Below are positions 9,031 through 19,474 of a DNA stretch of 64,000 nt, one piece after another (the first letter of the stretch is position 1; the number at the start of each line of letters is the position of its first letter). Source of the DNA: an uncultured Gammaproteobacteria bacterium (lineage in GTDB: Bacteria > Patescibacteriota > Microgenomatia > Levybacterales > UBA12049); NCBI GenBank assembly GCA_964474445.1, contig CAYYSJ010000001.1, forward strand, positions 78,530 through 142,529. Reading direction: 5' to 3'. A program made the translations under genes and the position numbers. Below the pieces are notes generated by a model, which ran no database searches, was not told where the DNA came from, and saw only the letters and a program-made list of their open reading frames with translations.

Positions 9031-9678
9031 ATGTTGCATATTATGTCTGAACGTATTAGTGATGCATGCAATGATGATTTTACGCATGAGTGTTGGGATG
9101 ATAAGGATAGGCGTCATCTGGCAATATTAGGAAAAAAAATTCTTTCTCAGGTATCCTGGGGGGAGCGTACACAACAGGTTGTATATTCTCAAGACAAAAA
9201 ATCAAGAGTTATTATCTTTGATTGGGATGCAATGCAATTCAGCTTACAAGAACATTCCTCTCTGTGGTTTGTGGGGTTTTTTGGAACTAAAATTGATAAT
9301 GTCACTGAGAAGACAAAAGCAATGCTTGAGGACGATGATAGAACCCTCACAAGTACCTCTCTTCGTGGAATACCAGGTCTTCTTGGCTATGCTTCCTATG
9401 AGATTCCTACTGGAGAATGGGTTAACCTTGTACTTGTTACTGATCCGTCAGTTATCAAAGCTATCTATGAGCAACCAGAACATAAGATTATTGCTTTGGA
9501 TCATTCACGGTCTTTTTACAAGAATATTCGGCTTCATAATGGAGTAACAAATGGGCTGTTAGACACGCCAGCGTCCTATACTTTTACAACGACCCGATAT
9601 ATTCAGTATCCAGAGGTTAATGCCCAACCTCAATATAGACTAAGAAGACATGGAGAAAATTTGCCAAAAGCAGCATAG
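9031..9678 (+). CDS. hypothetical protein
   Basis: 215-aa ORF, no recognizable motif; occupies otherwise empty space between convergent genes. Confidence 0.4.
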   Translation: MLHIMSERISDACNDDFTHECWDDKDRRHLAILGKKILSQVSWGERTQQVVYSQDKKSRVIIFDWDAMQFSLQEHSSLWFVGFFGTKIDNVTEKTKAMLEDDDRTLTSTSLRGIPGLLGYASYEIPTGEWVNLVLVTDPSVIKAIYEQPEHKIIALDHSRSFYKNIRLHNGVTNGLLDTPASYTFTTTRYIQYPEVNAQPQYRLRRHGENLPKAA

Positions 9679-9741
9679 AAAATTAGTTTGTTCCACCCCT
9701 GTCAAATTCTTGTTCAGAGTTTACAGGTGGACTCATTTGTT

Positions 9742-11475
9742 TCACTGCGCTCCAAATGTGAAAGCAAATACTTGTATGCCAGGTGTTTGGAATTCTAAAC
9801 GAAGAATATGTTCTGATACTTTCTCTTTTAGATCAATAAGGTTATATAGTCTATCAGTATCAACAGTTACTATTCCATTTTTGACATCATTTCCTGCATT
9901 TGCATCAGAAATATCTTTTCCATCGAGTAAGACTTTCACTGTCCCTGGCTGGTTCCCTGGTGGACGAAGAACTAAAAATACTTTTCCTGCAAAGAAATGA
10001 TAGACAAGGACTGAATTGTTTCCTGAAATAGCATTTTCATCCTGAATATTCCATGTCCCTCCAAAGCTAAATGAATGAAGTGTAGGATTTCCTAGTTCAA
10101 AGGTTTTACTGACAACCCCAGTGCTCCCTGTTGGATAGTAAAATTCCATTCGTTTTGCACCCACATATGTTTCTGGAGAAAGTCTGGTTGTTGGGGTAGT
10201 GTCTGGCATAGTATCAATGGATGTATTTACCTGTTTCCCTGCTTCTTTGAGTAATGCTTGAATAGCCATTTCTGTTTGGTCATATTCTCCTTCTCCAAAA
10301 TGAGTCCGTCTGATATTTCCTTGCGCATCAATAAGATATTCTGCAGGCCAATATTGATTAGAATAATTATTCCATGTTGCATAATTGTTATCCTGTGCAA
10401 CAGGATAGTGAATATTGTACATCTGTATTGCATTCAGCACATTCTGCGTTTCGTGTTCAAATGCAAATTCTGGTGTATGAACACCAATGACGATAAACCC
10501 TTTATCCTTGTATTTCTCATACCATGACGTGACATGAGGGAGTGTCCTAATACAGTTAATACAGGTATAGGTCCAGAAATCTACTAATACGACTTTTCCT
10601 TTGAGGTCGGAAATACTGAGTTGTTTATCTATATTTAACCATTTGGTAATGCCAACAAAATCAGGAGCTGGAAAATTTTGGTTAAAAAGTCCAGAACTAT
10701 CTGGAGTAGTTGTTTTTGGCATGTTTCCTTTTAACACATCAAGTTGTTTTTTCACTTCAGGGTTAGATTCAAATGCATTAAAGGAATTTGTAAATTGTGG
10801 AAACGTATTGAGAAGTTGTGCTTGCAGATAGGTATCATAATGTGTGTAGATCGCAAGAGCGGTTAAAAGCATCACAATCCCAAAAACCTGTTGGATTTTA
10901 CCCAGCTGGGAAGAAAGAAACCGGGTCTTTGAGAAAAGAACCTGTCCTACAAAAGCAAATAGAAATAACGGAATTCCAACACCTAAAATATATGCTCCTG
11001 TAATCGCAATAAGAGAAAGTGTTACTTGTCCTGTCGCAGCAAGTGTTGCAATAGCAGCAAGAATTGGTCCTGCACAAGGGCTCCATACAATTCCCAAAGA
11101 AAGTCCAGTAATAAAGCCAGCAGTGAAGTCATTGCTTGTTGTTCGTACCCCAAATAGTCCGGACAATCGGCTAATGAGTGCTTCTGTCACCTGGGAAAAC
11201 TGGGGAATAATCAAAGAAATTCCGAGCAAACCAATGACTACAACCGCAACCAGTCTTAAGATATTTGGATCCAAGTGAAATATTTTTACGATGCTTGAAA
11301 TAGCAAGGGTAAAAACGCCAAAGCTCAACATAATGCCAAGTGTAATCCCAAGAGGCCTTTGATGACTTTTTCCACTGACGCTGCTTGAAAAAATAATAGG
11401 AAGAATTGGCCAGATGCACGGCGCAAGTATCGTAACAAGACCTGATAAAAATGCAAAAAAAATCAAAAGTATCAT
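9742..11475 (-). CDS. DipZ-like thiol:disulfide interchange protein (CcdA membrane domain + thioredoxin-like domain + C-terminal beta domain)
   Basis: N-terminal CcdA/DsbD TM core (LAPCIWPILP, WSPCAGPILAAI), periplasmic redoxin with WTYTCINC (CxxC), extra C-terminal ~150 aa as in mycobacterial DipZ. Confidence 0.8.
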   Translation of the reverse strand: MILLIFFAFLSGLVTILAPCIWPILPIIFSSSVSGKSHQRPLGITLGIMLSFGVFTLAISSIVKIFHLDPNILRLVAVVVIGLLGISLIIPQFSQVTEALISRLSGLFGVRTTSNDFTAGFITGLSLGIVWSPCAGPILAAIATLAATGQVTLSLIAITGAYILGVGIPLFLFAFVGQVLFSKTRFLSSQLGKIQQVFGIVMLLTALAIYTHYDTYLQAQLLNTFPQFTNSFNAFESNPEVKKQLDVLKGNMPKTTTPDSSGLFNQNFPAPDFVGITKWLNIDKQLSISDLKGKVVLVDFWTYTCINCIRTLPHVTSWYEKYKDKGFIVIGVHTPEFAFEHETQNVLNAIQMYNIHYPVAQDNNYATWNNYSNQYWPAEYLIDAQGNIRRTHFGEGEYDQTEMAIQALLKEAGKQVNTSIDTMPDTTPTTRLSPETYVGAKRMEFYYPTGSTGVVSKTFELGNPTLHSFSFGGTWNIQDENAISGNNSVLVYHFFAGKVFLVLRPPGNQPGTVKVLLDGKDISDANAGNDVKNGIVTVDTDRLYNLIDLKEKVSEHILRLEFQTPGIQVFAFTFGAQ

Positions 11476-11530
11476 AGGTTAAGGTAATAAGTTCTGATGA
11501 GCCTCAGAAAGCAAGGCTCACCGCAAGTTA

Positions 11531-12019
11531 TTACTTTGCTACATGCCAGACTCCTCCGACACCATCACCTGTTGCATCACCTGGATTTTTATCACCCGTA
11601 TAATAGTACAAAGGATGATTATTCCATGTGTATTGTGTTGTGCCATCAGTTCGCGTGCTTGTTCCTAAGTGTGCTGAGAGTGTTGCTGGAACTGTCCCTG
11701 ACACCACAAATGGTGGCCATGCTTGTGCACAGTTACCATAGCAAGTACTTGCTGAGGTTGTATCTTTATCAAATATATACAACGTCATTCCTTTGGTATC
11801 TGTCAGGTTTGATTTTGCCATCATAACAGGACCGCCAGCCATCGTATTAGATGGGGTTGGTTTTTGGGCCATCATTTTGGCATCGTCTAATTGCTTTTGC
11901 ATAGCCATTTTGAAGGCTTCCATTTTCATCGTTGCTCGAGATCTTTCAAAATAAAATCCGCCTAAAGCACCAACAAGCAGAGCGACAATAACAAGGACAA
12001 CAACTGTTGTTTTATTCAT
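11531..12019 (-). CDS. secreted/lipoprotein, 'secreted repeat of unknown function' (YxYYxxD) family
   Basis: Signal anchor, CYGNCAQAWPP, HPLYYYTGDKNPGDATGDGVGGVWHV repeat signature (Lipoprotein_15-like). Confidence 0.6.
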   Translation of the reverse strand: MNKTTVVVLVIVALLVGALGGFYFERSRATMKMEAFKMAMQKQLDDAKMMAQKPTPSNTMAGGPVMMAKSNLTDTKGMTLYIFDKDTTSASTCYGNCAQAWPPFVVSGTVPATLSAHLGTSTRTDGTTQYTWNNHPLYYYTGDKNPGDATGDGVGGVWHVAK

Positions 12020-12034
12020 TTTTTCACCTCCCCT

Positions 12035-12397
12035 CTAATGTCTAATATAGGCATAAACAAAACCAATAAATTTTGAGAGCAACATAACGCAAAGTGCAAT
12101 AACAAGCCATATATCAAGATTTCCTGAGAGTGTTTCAATGCATACACTAATAAAAAGCGTTGTAATTCCTGCAAAATAAGCAAAGCGTGTTGCAATAAAT
12201 TTATGGAGTTGTTCCCGTTCATCTCCACGTGTTTCTTTCCAGACAAAACCTGCAAGCGCTAAAAATAAAATAATCAGCAAAGGCAGCATAAAGGGATGCA
12301 TCAGGTGGGGCATAAAAATCGTCATGGGTTTTACATAGAAAAGGAGTACTCCAATGAGGAGAATAGAGATGATTATTTCACCGATAAAATTATTTTT
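12035..12397 (-). CDS. small membrane protein (DUF2178-like), partner of XRE regulator
   Basis: 4 predicted TM helices; gene start overlaps stop of upstream HTH gene, a conserved XRE-DUF2178 pair arrangement. Confidence 0.5.
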   Translation of the reverse strand, partial: KNNFIGEIIISILLIGVLLFYVKPMTIFMPHLMHPFMLPLLIILFLALAGFVWKETRGDEREQLHKFIATRFAYFAGITTLFISVCIETLSGNLDIWLVIALCVMLLSKFIGFVYAYIRH

Positions 12398-12602
12398 CAT
12401 AAGTATAGGTAAAAATTTTTTCAACCGGTGTGTCAAAAAATTGTGCTATTTTTATTCCAAGCAGGAGTGATGGCATATAATTCCCTTTCTCAATTGCAAC
12501 AATTGTTTGTCGAGAAACACGTAATGCATTTGCCAACTCTTCTTGTGTGATTCCCTTTTGTTTGCGAAGATTCAGAACGGAATTGTGAAGTATTTCCTTC
12601 AT
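12390..12602 (-). CDS. XRE-family helix-turn-helix transcriptional regulator
   Basis: MKEILHNSVLNLRKQKGITQEELANALRVSRQTIVAIEKG = canonical Cro/C1 HTH; ORF-track start at 12713 likely too far upstream. Confidence 0.8.
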   Translation of the reverse strand: MKEILHNSVLNLRKQKGITQEELANALRVSRQTIVAIEKGNYMPSLLLGIKIAQFFDTPVEKIFTYTYEK

Positions 12603-12967
12603 ACAGCATAGAGATATCTTAAGCGTAAAACACAAATACGTAAATGTCAAGTACACTTTACATTTCAAATAAGTATCACTAAAGCAAAAAGAATATGCAT
12701 ATCCCCTACTCATAGATATTCTGCTTGATTCTTCCTAAAGTAATAGAAATAAAAATATGATATGGATTGATAGACGTAGAAGTACGTGTTAAGCCAACAT
12801 TAAGAAGCAGTTCAAGACGGTTTATTGCTCAAGGAGATACCCTTCATGAGTGGCCCATATATAAGCCTGGATTAGATGATGACCGGGATGAAATAGACCA
12901 CAAAAACAACTAAATCTCTCAGTGCTTTTCTTCTTTCTTTGGAAATATTTCACTACAATGAAAATTT

Positions 12968-12976
12968 TGGTATAAT
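12968..12976 (+). promoter_or_regulatory. extended -10 element (TGgTATAAT) upstream of tRNA-Gly/tRNA-Arg pair
   Basis: TGGTATAAT 10 nt upstream of tRNA-Gly 5' end. Confidence 0.3.
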
Positions 12977-12986
12977 AGTGGTTATT

Positions 12987-13061
12987 GCGGGTTTAGCTCA
13001 GTGGTAGAGCATCTGCTTTCCAAGCAGAGTGTCGTGGGTTCGAGTCCCATAACCCGCTCCC
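12987..13061 (+). tRNA. tRNA-Gly (anticodon TCC), CCA encoded
   Basis: Acceptor GCGGGTT/AACCCGC, anticodon stem TCTGC/GCAGA loop TTTCCAA, T-arm GGGTTCGAGTCCC, 3' TCCA. Confidence 0.9.
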
Positions 13062-13080
13062 AACGTATATTAAGCTACAC

Positions 13081-13156
13081 GCTCCCATAGCTCAGTGGAT
13101 AGAGCATATCGGTTCTAACGATGTGGCCGGGGGTTCGAATCCCTCTGGGAGCGCCA
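13081..13156 (+). tRNA. tRNA-Arg (anticodon TCT), CCA encoded
   Basis: Acceptor GCTCCCA/TGGGAGC, D-arm GCTCAGTGGATAGAGC, anticodon loop GTTCTAA, T-arm GGGGGTTCGAATCCCTC, 3' GCCA. Confidence 0.85.
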
Positions 13157-13364
13157 ACTGGTTTTTATTACCATTCGATTCCTCTTTTAGCTTGATAAAT
13201 TCAGCTAAATAATACTTCATTATTTAGGAGTATTTGATAGAAATTATTGGAAGGAAAGTAATGAAGGTTTAAAAACAAAAACCACTTATTTGATTTTCTC
13301 AATATCCTCATACACGATTTACACAATTTGTCTTTTGCACTATGAGAAACTAAAGAGCTTCTGT

Positions 13365-14804
13365 ATGAATTGGTTTATTTTGATTCTACTTAGCATGGCT
13401 CAGTTTATGGTCGTGCTTGATTTTTCTATAGTGAACGTTGCCCTTCCCACAATACAGCAAGAGCTTCACTTTTCTCAAGCAAATTTACAATGGATTGTTA
13501 CTGCATACGCTCTTACCTTTGGTGGATTGTTGCTTCTTGGAGGAGGACTTGCTGATTTATATGGAAGGAAACGGCTTTTTATTGTTGGTCTCCTGTTATT
13601 CAGCATTGTTTCATTTATTGGTGGAATTTCTCAGTCACAAATCATGCTTATTATTGCCCGTGGTGTACAAGGAATTGCAGCAGCTCTCATTATGCCATCT
13701 TCCATGGCGCTTATTACTTCTTTTTATACAGAACCCCATGCAAGACAGCGCGCATTATCAATTCTTGGGGCTGTTGGATCAAGCGGTTTTGCTTTAGGAG
13801 TACTTTTGGGTGGGTTACTTACTGTAACACTCGGATGGAGATGGGTACTGTTTGTTAATGTACCAATAGGAATTATAACAGCACTTCTTACATATCGATT
13901 TGTCCCTGAAACAATAAAGCAAAAGGCGCATATCGAACTAGATATTCCAGGGACACTTACAATAACATTGGGGCTTGCAACATTTATCTTTGCGATTACA
14001 ACAGGTGGAGAAGTTGGGTTTACCTCTCCCTTGGTACTCTTGTCTCTTGCTATTTCGGTTATCCTTTTAGGAAGTTTTGTATTTATTGAGCTAAAGAGTA
14101 AAAATCCGCTTGTTCCTTTTCATATTTTTACCCTACCCTCTGTCAGAGGTGCAAATATAAGTATGTTTTTATGGATGGGAGCATTTGGAACTGTGTTCCT
14201 TCTCCTTGCACAGTATTTACAAGATGTTCTGCACTATTCGGCTCTTGTAACAGGATTTATGTTTTTTCCAATGGGAGTCGTCACGTTTGTTATGTCAAGT
14301 TACTTTTCCTCAAAACTTATGGATAGATTTGGCACAAAGCCTGTTATTGTCAGTGGTTTTATTATCGCTGCAATCGGACTTCTTTTCCTGACATCTATTC
14401 CTGTTGATGGAACGTACTTACGAAATGTTCTTCCTGGCATGCTTCTTATTGCCCTTGGAGTGGGCGCAAGCTTTGTTGGCCTGTTAGTTGCTTCAGTTGC
14501 AGGTGTTCCACCGAATCAGCAAGGTCTTGCATCAGGCCTTATTAATACGTCAAGACAAATAGGAGCATCTGTCGGAATTGCAGCGCTTGTTGCTTTGGGA
14601 GATGCACAAACACGTGCAATCCATACCACACAAGCAGCTGCTTTTACTGATGGTATTCACTATGCGTTCCTTGGTGGATTTGTACTCGCAGTGATTAGTG
14701 TCTTGGCAAGCATTGTGTTTATAAAAGAAACAGAATGTAATGCAGCAGTAAAAAAAGTAGATACATCCCAACGAGTTGCTAATAGAGTTGTCTGTTTGCA
14801 ATAG
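13365..14804 (+). CDS. MFS transporter, DHA2 (EmrB/QacA) drug:H+ antiporter family
   Basis: 14 TM segments; motif A-like GGLADLYGRKR, start at MNWFILILLSMAQFMVVLDFSIVNVALP typical of DHA2 N-terminus. Confidence 0.8.
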   Translation: MNWFILILLSMAQFMVVLDFSIVNVALPTIQQELHFSQANLQWIVTAYALTFGGLLLLGGGLADLYGRKRLFIVGLLLFSIVSFIGGISQSQIMLIIARGVQGIAAALIMPSSMALITSFYTEPHARQRALSILGAVGSSGFALGVLLGGLLTVTLGWRWVLFVNVPIGIITALLTYRFVPETIKQKAHIELDIPGTLTITLGLATFIFAITTGGEVGFTSPLVLLSLAISVILLGSFVFIELKSKNPLVPFHIFTLPSVRGANISMFLWMGAFGTVFLLLAQYLQDVLHYSALVTGFMFFPMGVVTFVMSSYFSSKLMDRFGTKPVIVSGFIIAAIGLLFLTSIPVDGTYLRNVLPGMLLIALGVGASFVGLLVASVAGVPPNQQGLASGLINTSRQIGASVGIAALVALGDAQTRAIHTTQAAAFTDGIHYAFLGGFVLAVISVLASIVFIKETECNAAVKKVDTSQRVANRVVCLQ

Positions 14805-14810
14805 ATAACG

Positions 14811-15641
14811 CTATTTGAGAAAGTTAAGTAATTCTTTATTTATTTCCTCAGCATGGGTCCATGGAATACCATGTGATCCTCCTTTGAATACAACTAATTG
14901 ACTTCCCTTTACCGCCTCATGCATTCGTTTCCCTGTTGCTTCAAAAGGTAGAATTCTATCCGCATCCCCTTGAATGATTAACAAAGGAACAGTCATTTTG
15001 GGCAGGTCTTCTCGAAAATCAGTAAGCCACGTGGGAACACATGCGGCAGTTCCATATGCAGATGCCTCAACTGCAACATTCCAATTAGACCGAACAACTT
15101 CTTTGCTCACCAATTTATCCAACGTTTCATCCAGATTATAAAAATCTTTTAAAAAGCTTGTTTGATAAGCGGGACGATCTTTTTTAATTGCTTCGAGTAT
15201 GTTATCAAATACACTCTTGTCTACTCCTTCAGGGTTATCGTTTGTTTTTAATAGGAATGGTGGGATGGGAGAAATAACTACCGCTTTCTCAACTTTTTCT
15301 GACCCATAGGTACTTATATAGCGAGTTACTTCGCCTGTACCTATTGAATGACCAACTAATACAGCATTCCTCACATTGAGTTTCGTCATGATGGTATGAA
15401 GATCTGCAGCAAAGGTATCGTAATCATATCCTTTTGTTGGCTGACTCGATCTCCCAAAACCACGTCGATCATATGTAATGGTTCTAAAACCTGCCTTCAG
15501 GAGAGCTAAGACTTCTTTTTCCCATGCTGCACCACTTAAGGGAAAGCCGTGAATAAGAATCACAGGTTGGCCTTCACCATGATCTTCATAGTAAAGGTCT
15601 ATTGACTGGGAATTTTCTTCACCAACTGTAATATATCCCAT
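14811..15641 (-). CDS. alpha/beta hydrolase (non-heme haloperoxidase/esterase-like)
   Basis: HGFP oxyanion motif, GHSIG nucleophile elbow (G-H-S-x-G), 276 aa. Confidence 0.85.
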   Translation of the reverse strand: MGYITVGEENSQSIDLYYEDHGEGQPVILIHGFPLSGAAWEKEVLALLKAGFRTITYDRRGFGRSSQPTKGYDYDTFAADLHTIMTKLNVRNAVLVGHSIGTGEVTRYISTYGSEKVEKAVVISPIPPFLLKTNDNPEGVDKSVFDNILEAIKKDRPAYQTSFLKDFYNLDETLDKLVSKEVVRSNWNVAVEASAYGTAACVPTWLTDFREDLPKMTVPLLIIQGDADRILPFEATGKRMHEAVKGSQLVVFKGGSHGIPWTHAEEINKELLNFLK

Positions 15642-15778
15642 AACCCATCACATACACATAGTACTTTCTCAGTTGCAAAATAGACATGAATATCTAGTAG
15701 TAATCAGGTAACAGAAGGAAGCATTTTACCTGTTTCCTACAAACGTTTTCTTATCAAAATATATAGTATGGTTACGAC

Positions 15779-15985
15779 ATGGTAAAAAAATGTAGAGAAG
15801 GACTATGCCCGGGCCCACCTGAGTGCTTTTTAAAAGCATACTTGGAAAAGCCTGGTCCTACTCCACCGGGTTACGATGCAGACGATGTAAATGCTGCTCG
15901 TCGGATGAAAAAATGTGTTATCCGAGATAAATTAAAGGAACAATATCCTACCATTTTCGAAGAAGCTGACAGACTTAGATCGTAA
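15779..15985 (+). CDS. small Cys-containing hypothetical protein (68 aa)
   Basis: ORF with CxxxxCPGPPxC + downstream Cys; GC-richer than flanks; no clear SD; uncertain. Confidence 0.25.
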   Translation: MVKKCREGLCPGPPECFLKAYLEKPGPTPPGYDADDVNAARRMKKCVIRDKLKEQYPTIFEEADRLRS

Positions 15986-15991
15986 AACACG

Positions 15992-16348
15992 TTATTCTGG
16001 AGATTCAGTTGCCTCTGCGGCTATTTGTGATACCTTTAATTTATCTTTCAACTGAGCTGTGCGTTCCCACTGAGTTTGTATCTCATTATTTCTTTGTAGC
16101 ACTCTAGTAAAGGTATCTTTTGTATCTGCTTGAGAAGGAATTTCTCCTTGTATATTCTTTATAACACTCGCATTTGAACTTCCTGCTTTGGATAAAAACA
16201 CCATTCCAACAACAATACAAAGAAGAGATGGGAGTAAAAGAAGAGGAGTACCCCCAGTATCCAAGCTTTTAATGAAAAGATAGGCAAGATACAATCCTCC
16301 GACAGTAAGGATGAGCCCTAAAAAAGTTTTTAGTACTATTTGTATCAT
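15992..16348 (-). CDS. small membrane protein, hypothetical
   Basis: Two N-terminal TM helices then charged tail; fills gap upstream of deacetylase gene. Confidence 0.4.
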   Translation of the reverse strand: MIQIVLKTFLGLILTVGGLYLAYLFIKSLDTGGTPLLLLPSLLCIVVGMVFLSKAGSSNASVIKNIQGEIPSQADTKDTFTRVLQRNNEIQTQWERTAQLKDKLKVSQIAAEATESPE

Positions 16349-16363
16349 AGCAAAGAAGAAAAT

Positions 16364-17320
16364 TTAAATGCTCTCTAACCAACTAAGCAAGTATTTTCCT
16401 GTTCGGCCGCCGGGCCTTAATCGATAGAGAAAATATCTATTATTTTGCGGGTGATCAATACCTGGAATGGTTGATGTTGCAGAGGTGAATCCTGTTTGCC
16501 TGACGATATCTACTGCCTGTTGGTCAAATGCTCCAAATGGGTATGCAAAAGAGATAACTGGTTTGCGAATAATGTCTTCCAGCATTTTTTTGCTTTGAGC
16601 TATTTCATATTGAGCAGTAACAAGCTTTTGCCCTTTCAACCATACATGATGGACTGTATGTGCTCCAATTTCAACTAATCCATCATTTGCAATTTCAACA
16701 AGCTGGGAAGTCAGCAAATGGTTCGATCTATTTAAAAATCCTGCAATAACATACTGTGTTGCTTTTGCATGATATTTTTTTAGGATTGGGTAAGCATCTG
16801 TATAAAAATCTCTATAGCCATCATCGAATGTCAAAACAATCGGTTTTGGAGGAAGTTGGGTTTTTCCATCAAGTGCATCCGTTAACTCTGCATGGGTCAT
16901 AAAAGTATATCCTGCTTCCTGCAGTGTTTTGACTTCTTGTTCGAGTGTATAAGGAGTTGTATTGAGAGCAATTCGTTTCGTATCTCCTTTATCTTGCACA
17001 TACTCTACATAGTGGTACATAAGAATTGGAATATGAACACTTTCTGGGAGTTTTATTCCTTGTACAGAACCTGATATATGTGCTCCAAGTACCTTATTTT
17101 GTTGATTTACCGTTTGTTGAACATCTGAAGGGATAGCATTTTGCTGGGTTTCCATCGCCTCCTCACCAGTAAGTGAGGAATCATATGAGTTATTCTTGTT
17201 GTATAAGAAAAATCCAACGTTTGCTACAGCTAAGAGAACAGCAAGACTAAATAAGAAAGTAAGTTTTTTCGTAAACAATGAGTGTTTTCTTTTCTTGTGA
17301 TTAGTTTTTTTCTTAGCCAT
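16364..17320 (-). CDS. polysaccharide deacetylase (NodB-homology domain)
   Basis: N-terminal anchor; TFDDGYRDFYTDAYPILKKY (TFDDG motif 1), H-containing motif 2, paralog of 51073..51996. Confidence 0.8.
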   Translation of the reverse strand: MAKKKTNHKKRKHSLFTKKLTFLFSLAVLLAVANVGFFLYNKNNSYDSSLTGEEAMETQQNAIPSDVQQTVNQQNKVLGAHISGSVQGIKLPESVHIPILMYHYVEYVQDKGDTKRIALNTTPYTLEQEVKTLQEAGYTFMTHAELTDALDGKTQLPPKPIVLTFDDGYRDFYTDAYPILKKYHAKATQYVIAGFLNRSNHLLTSQLVEIANDGLVEIGAHTVHHVWLKGQKLVTAQYEIAQSKKMLEDIIRKPVISFAYPFGAFDQQAVDIVRQTGFTSATSTIPGIDHPQNNRYFLYRLRPGGRTGKYLLSWLESI

Positions 17321-17380
17321 ACATTATAGTATGAAGGAAATAAGAAAATAATCAAGAGTTTAGGACTTTTCAAAGGACTT

Positions 17381-19474
17381 CTAAAAAAGAAACAGTCTGA
17401 GTGCACGTAGTTTTTCTTTAATACTACCTTGTTTAAGAAACATAACTGCCAATTTTTCTCTGGAGGTCAAAAGACGAGAGAAAACATACAAAACAATACA
17501 CGCAATCAATGCATATAGCAGGAATAATCCATTGGTATGTGCATCTTTGTTCTGTGTACCCAAAACAGATTTCACGGTATCATGGGGAAGAACAGCTGGT
17601 GATGAAGGTTGACTTGTTGGGACAAACAGTGGAGCAAGCTGGAAATAGCTTGTGCTTGATGCACTCAGATTGGTATTCTGATTTCCTGTCGTTCCAGTAA
17701 CTGTTGCAACAGCTGAGTATGCTCCACTTGGTGCATTTTGGGACAGAACAATTCCTGTGGTGAGTTTTATACCTTTTCCTGCATCAATATCTCCCAAAGA
17801 AAATTCTGCACCTCCCATATTTTGTCCATCATGAAACAGAGTAAGTTGTAGGTGTGATCCATAGACTCTTCCTGTTCCAGAATTTTTTATTTTTACAAAA
17901 AATGTCACCGTATCCCCTGGTAATATATAGATGCCAACATTGTTTTTTTGTTCAATCCATAATTGTCCACCATCTTCTTTTGAACTTGACGTGTTAGAAG
18001 AGGAATTGTTTTGTTGCTGCGTTGGTTGTGGCGTAGAACTTGGTGATGGTGATGGCGTTGGTGTTGGGAAAAGGTTTGCTTGTCCAATATCTCCCCGTAC
18101 ATCCCCAAAAATATTAATAAACCCAAAGAATCCACGACTGTTTATAAAATCTGCATTAAGAAAATTTGTTATTGAAACAACAGAGTATGCATTACCTGTT
18201 GAGATATTTCCATTCCCTCCTTGAATTGTGTTATCTCCTGTATTTGCCTGGGAAGTAATACTGTTGGTAACAGTTGCATTATTTGTACTATGCTCAGCAA
18301 GTGAACACTCTGAACAAGGTAGTGAATTTTTTGCGTTGCTCTGCATTAGAGCAAAACTTTGTCCTCCTGTATGTGCAGAAAGATTTCCCCACCCGAGGAA
18401 TTTTCCGTTCCATGTACCAAATAGATTAATAAAGAGGTTGCCAAAGAATGCATTCCAAAATGTCGTATTTGTCACATTTGTTGTTTGGATAACACTTGTT
18501 GCATTTCCTGTTTTTATTGTTGCAGAATCTGTTGCAACAATACTGTTATTGCCTGTGTCTGTCGTGCTTATAATGGTGTTTGTCACGGATGCTGTATTTG
18601 TTGTTGCAATATCGGTCTTTGCGGAAGCAGAGCTATCCGGAGTATTTGCTATATTTGGAAGTAAAATATTGCCTGTCAGATTGCCATAAATATTGAGTGT
18701 TATTACGTGAATTGTTGAATCAATTAATGTGACATTTACGGTATTCATGAGGGACGTAACTGCATATGCATTTCCTGTATTAATGATAACCTGTCCACTT
18801 CCTGTTGCTGTATTACTTCCCGTATTTGCTGTTGTTGTCACTTGATTAGAAACAGCAGCAGTATTATTAATGTCTGCAACTTTTACGTTATACGTTGGGT
18901 TATTTGACGGGTCTTGGGAAATAATTTGTTTTGCAAGAGCAGTTGGATTGGAAAGATCAAGATTTCCTTGTTTATCGACAAACAAATTAATTGTTTGATA
19001 GACAACTTGAGAATTTACTGTCGTTGTATTAACGGTATTTGTCACAGACATTTCTGAGATACTCTTTCCTGTTTGTATTGTTGTGTCTGTAGGATTACTG
19101 GTTGGTGTTGGAGAAGCTGTCTTTGCAGAAGGAGTACTCTCTGATGCACTTTCTGTTGCTGATGGGGTGATTGTAATCGTATTTCCACCAGTATTTGCCT
19201 CTGATGTTGCGCTTGTTGTTGCTGTTGCACTGTTTGTTGCATTAATGGTCACCATTGGAGTAGGTGTTGGTGTATCAGAGATATTTTGTTTTTGTGTCTG
19301 GGTCGGGGATACACTTGAACTAGGACTGGGTGATGGTGTTGTACTTGGATCTGTTGTTGGAGTAGCTGTTACCGCTGAGGGCGTAGAGATTGGATTATCA
19401 GCAAAAACCTTCAGAGGCAATACGCTCTGAAATAAGAGGAAAATAATAATTACAATACTAAATATTTTTTTCAT
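17381..19474 (-). CDS. large cell-surface protein: signal peptide, T/S/P-rich linkers, >=3 copies of ~50-aa NTG-N...TGNA repeat, CARDB/DUF11-like domain, C-terminal TM anchor
   Basis: Likely start MKKIFSIVIIIFLLF (ORF-track start codon upstream appears to be GTG); repeats e.g. TNNATVTNSITSQANTGDNTIQGGNGNISTGNAYSVVSITNF; C-terminal LFLLYALIACIVLYVF + basic region. Confidence 0.7.
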   Translation of the reverse strand: MKKIFSIVIIIFLLFQSVLPLKVFADNPISTPSAVTATPTTDPSTTPSPSPSSSVSPTQTQKQNISDTPTPTPMVTINATNSATATTSATSEANTGGNTITITPSATESASESTPSAKTASPTPTSNPTDTTIQTGKSISEMSVTNTVNTTTVNSQVVYQTINLFVDKQGNLDLSNPTALAKQIISQDPSNNPTYNVKVADINNTAAVSNQVTTTANTGSNTATGSGQVIINTGNAYAVTSLMNTVNVTLIDSTIHVITLNIYGNLTGNILLPNIANTPDSSASAKTDIATTNTASVTNTIISTTDTGNNSIVATDSATIKTGNATSVIQTTNVTNTTFWNAFFGNLFINLFGTWNGKFLGWGNLSAHTGGQSFALMQSNAKNSLPCSECSLAEHSTNNATVTNSITSQANTGDNTIQGGNGNISTGNAYSVVSITNFLNADFINSRGFFGFINIFGDVRGDIGQANLFPTPTPSPSPSSTPQPTQQQNNSSSNTSSSKEDGGQLWIEQKNNVGIYILPGDTVTFFVKIKNSGTGRVYGSHLQLTLFHDGQNMGGAEFSLGDIDAGKGIKLTTGIVLSQNAPSGAYSAVATVTGTTGNQNTNLSASSTSYFQLAPLFVPTSQPSSPAVLPHDTVKSVLGTQNKDAHTNGLFLLYALIACIVLYVFSRLLTSREKLAVMFLKQGSIKEKLRALRLFLF

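Noticed and set aside
17905-19430. Multiple 60-150 aa ORFs (e.g. 18228..18689, 19083..19430, 17931..18224) antisense within the 705-aa surface protein gene
   Set aside because: They lie entirely inside a long gene with strong repeat/domain structure on the other strand. Their biased composition comes from T/P/S-rich coding repeats.
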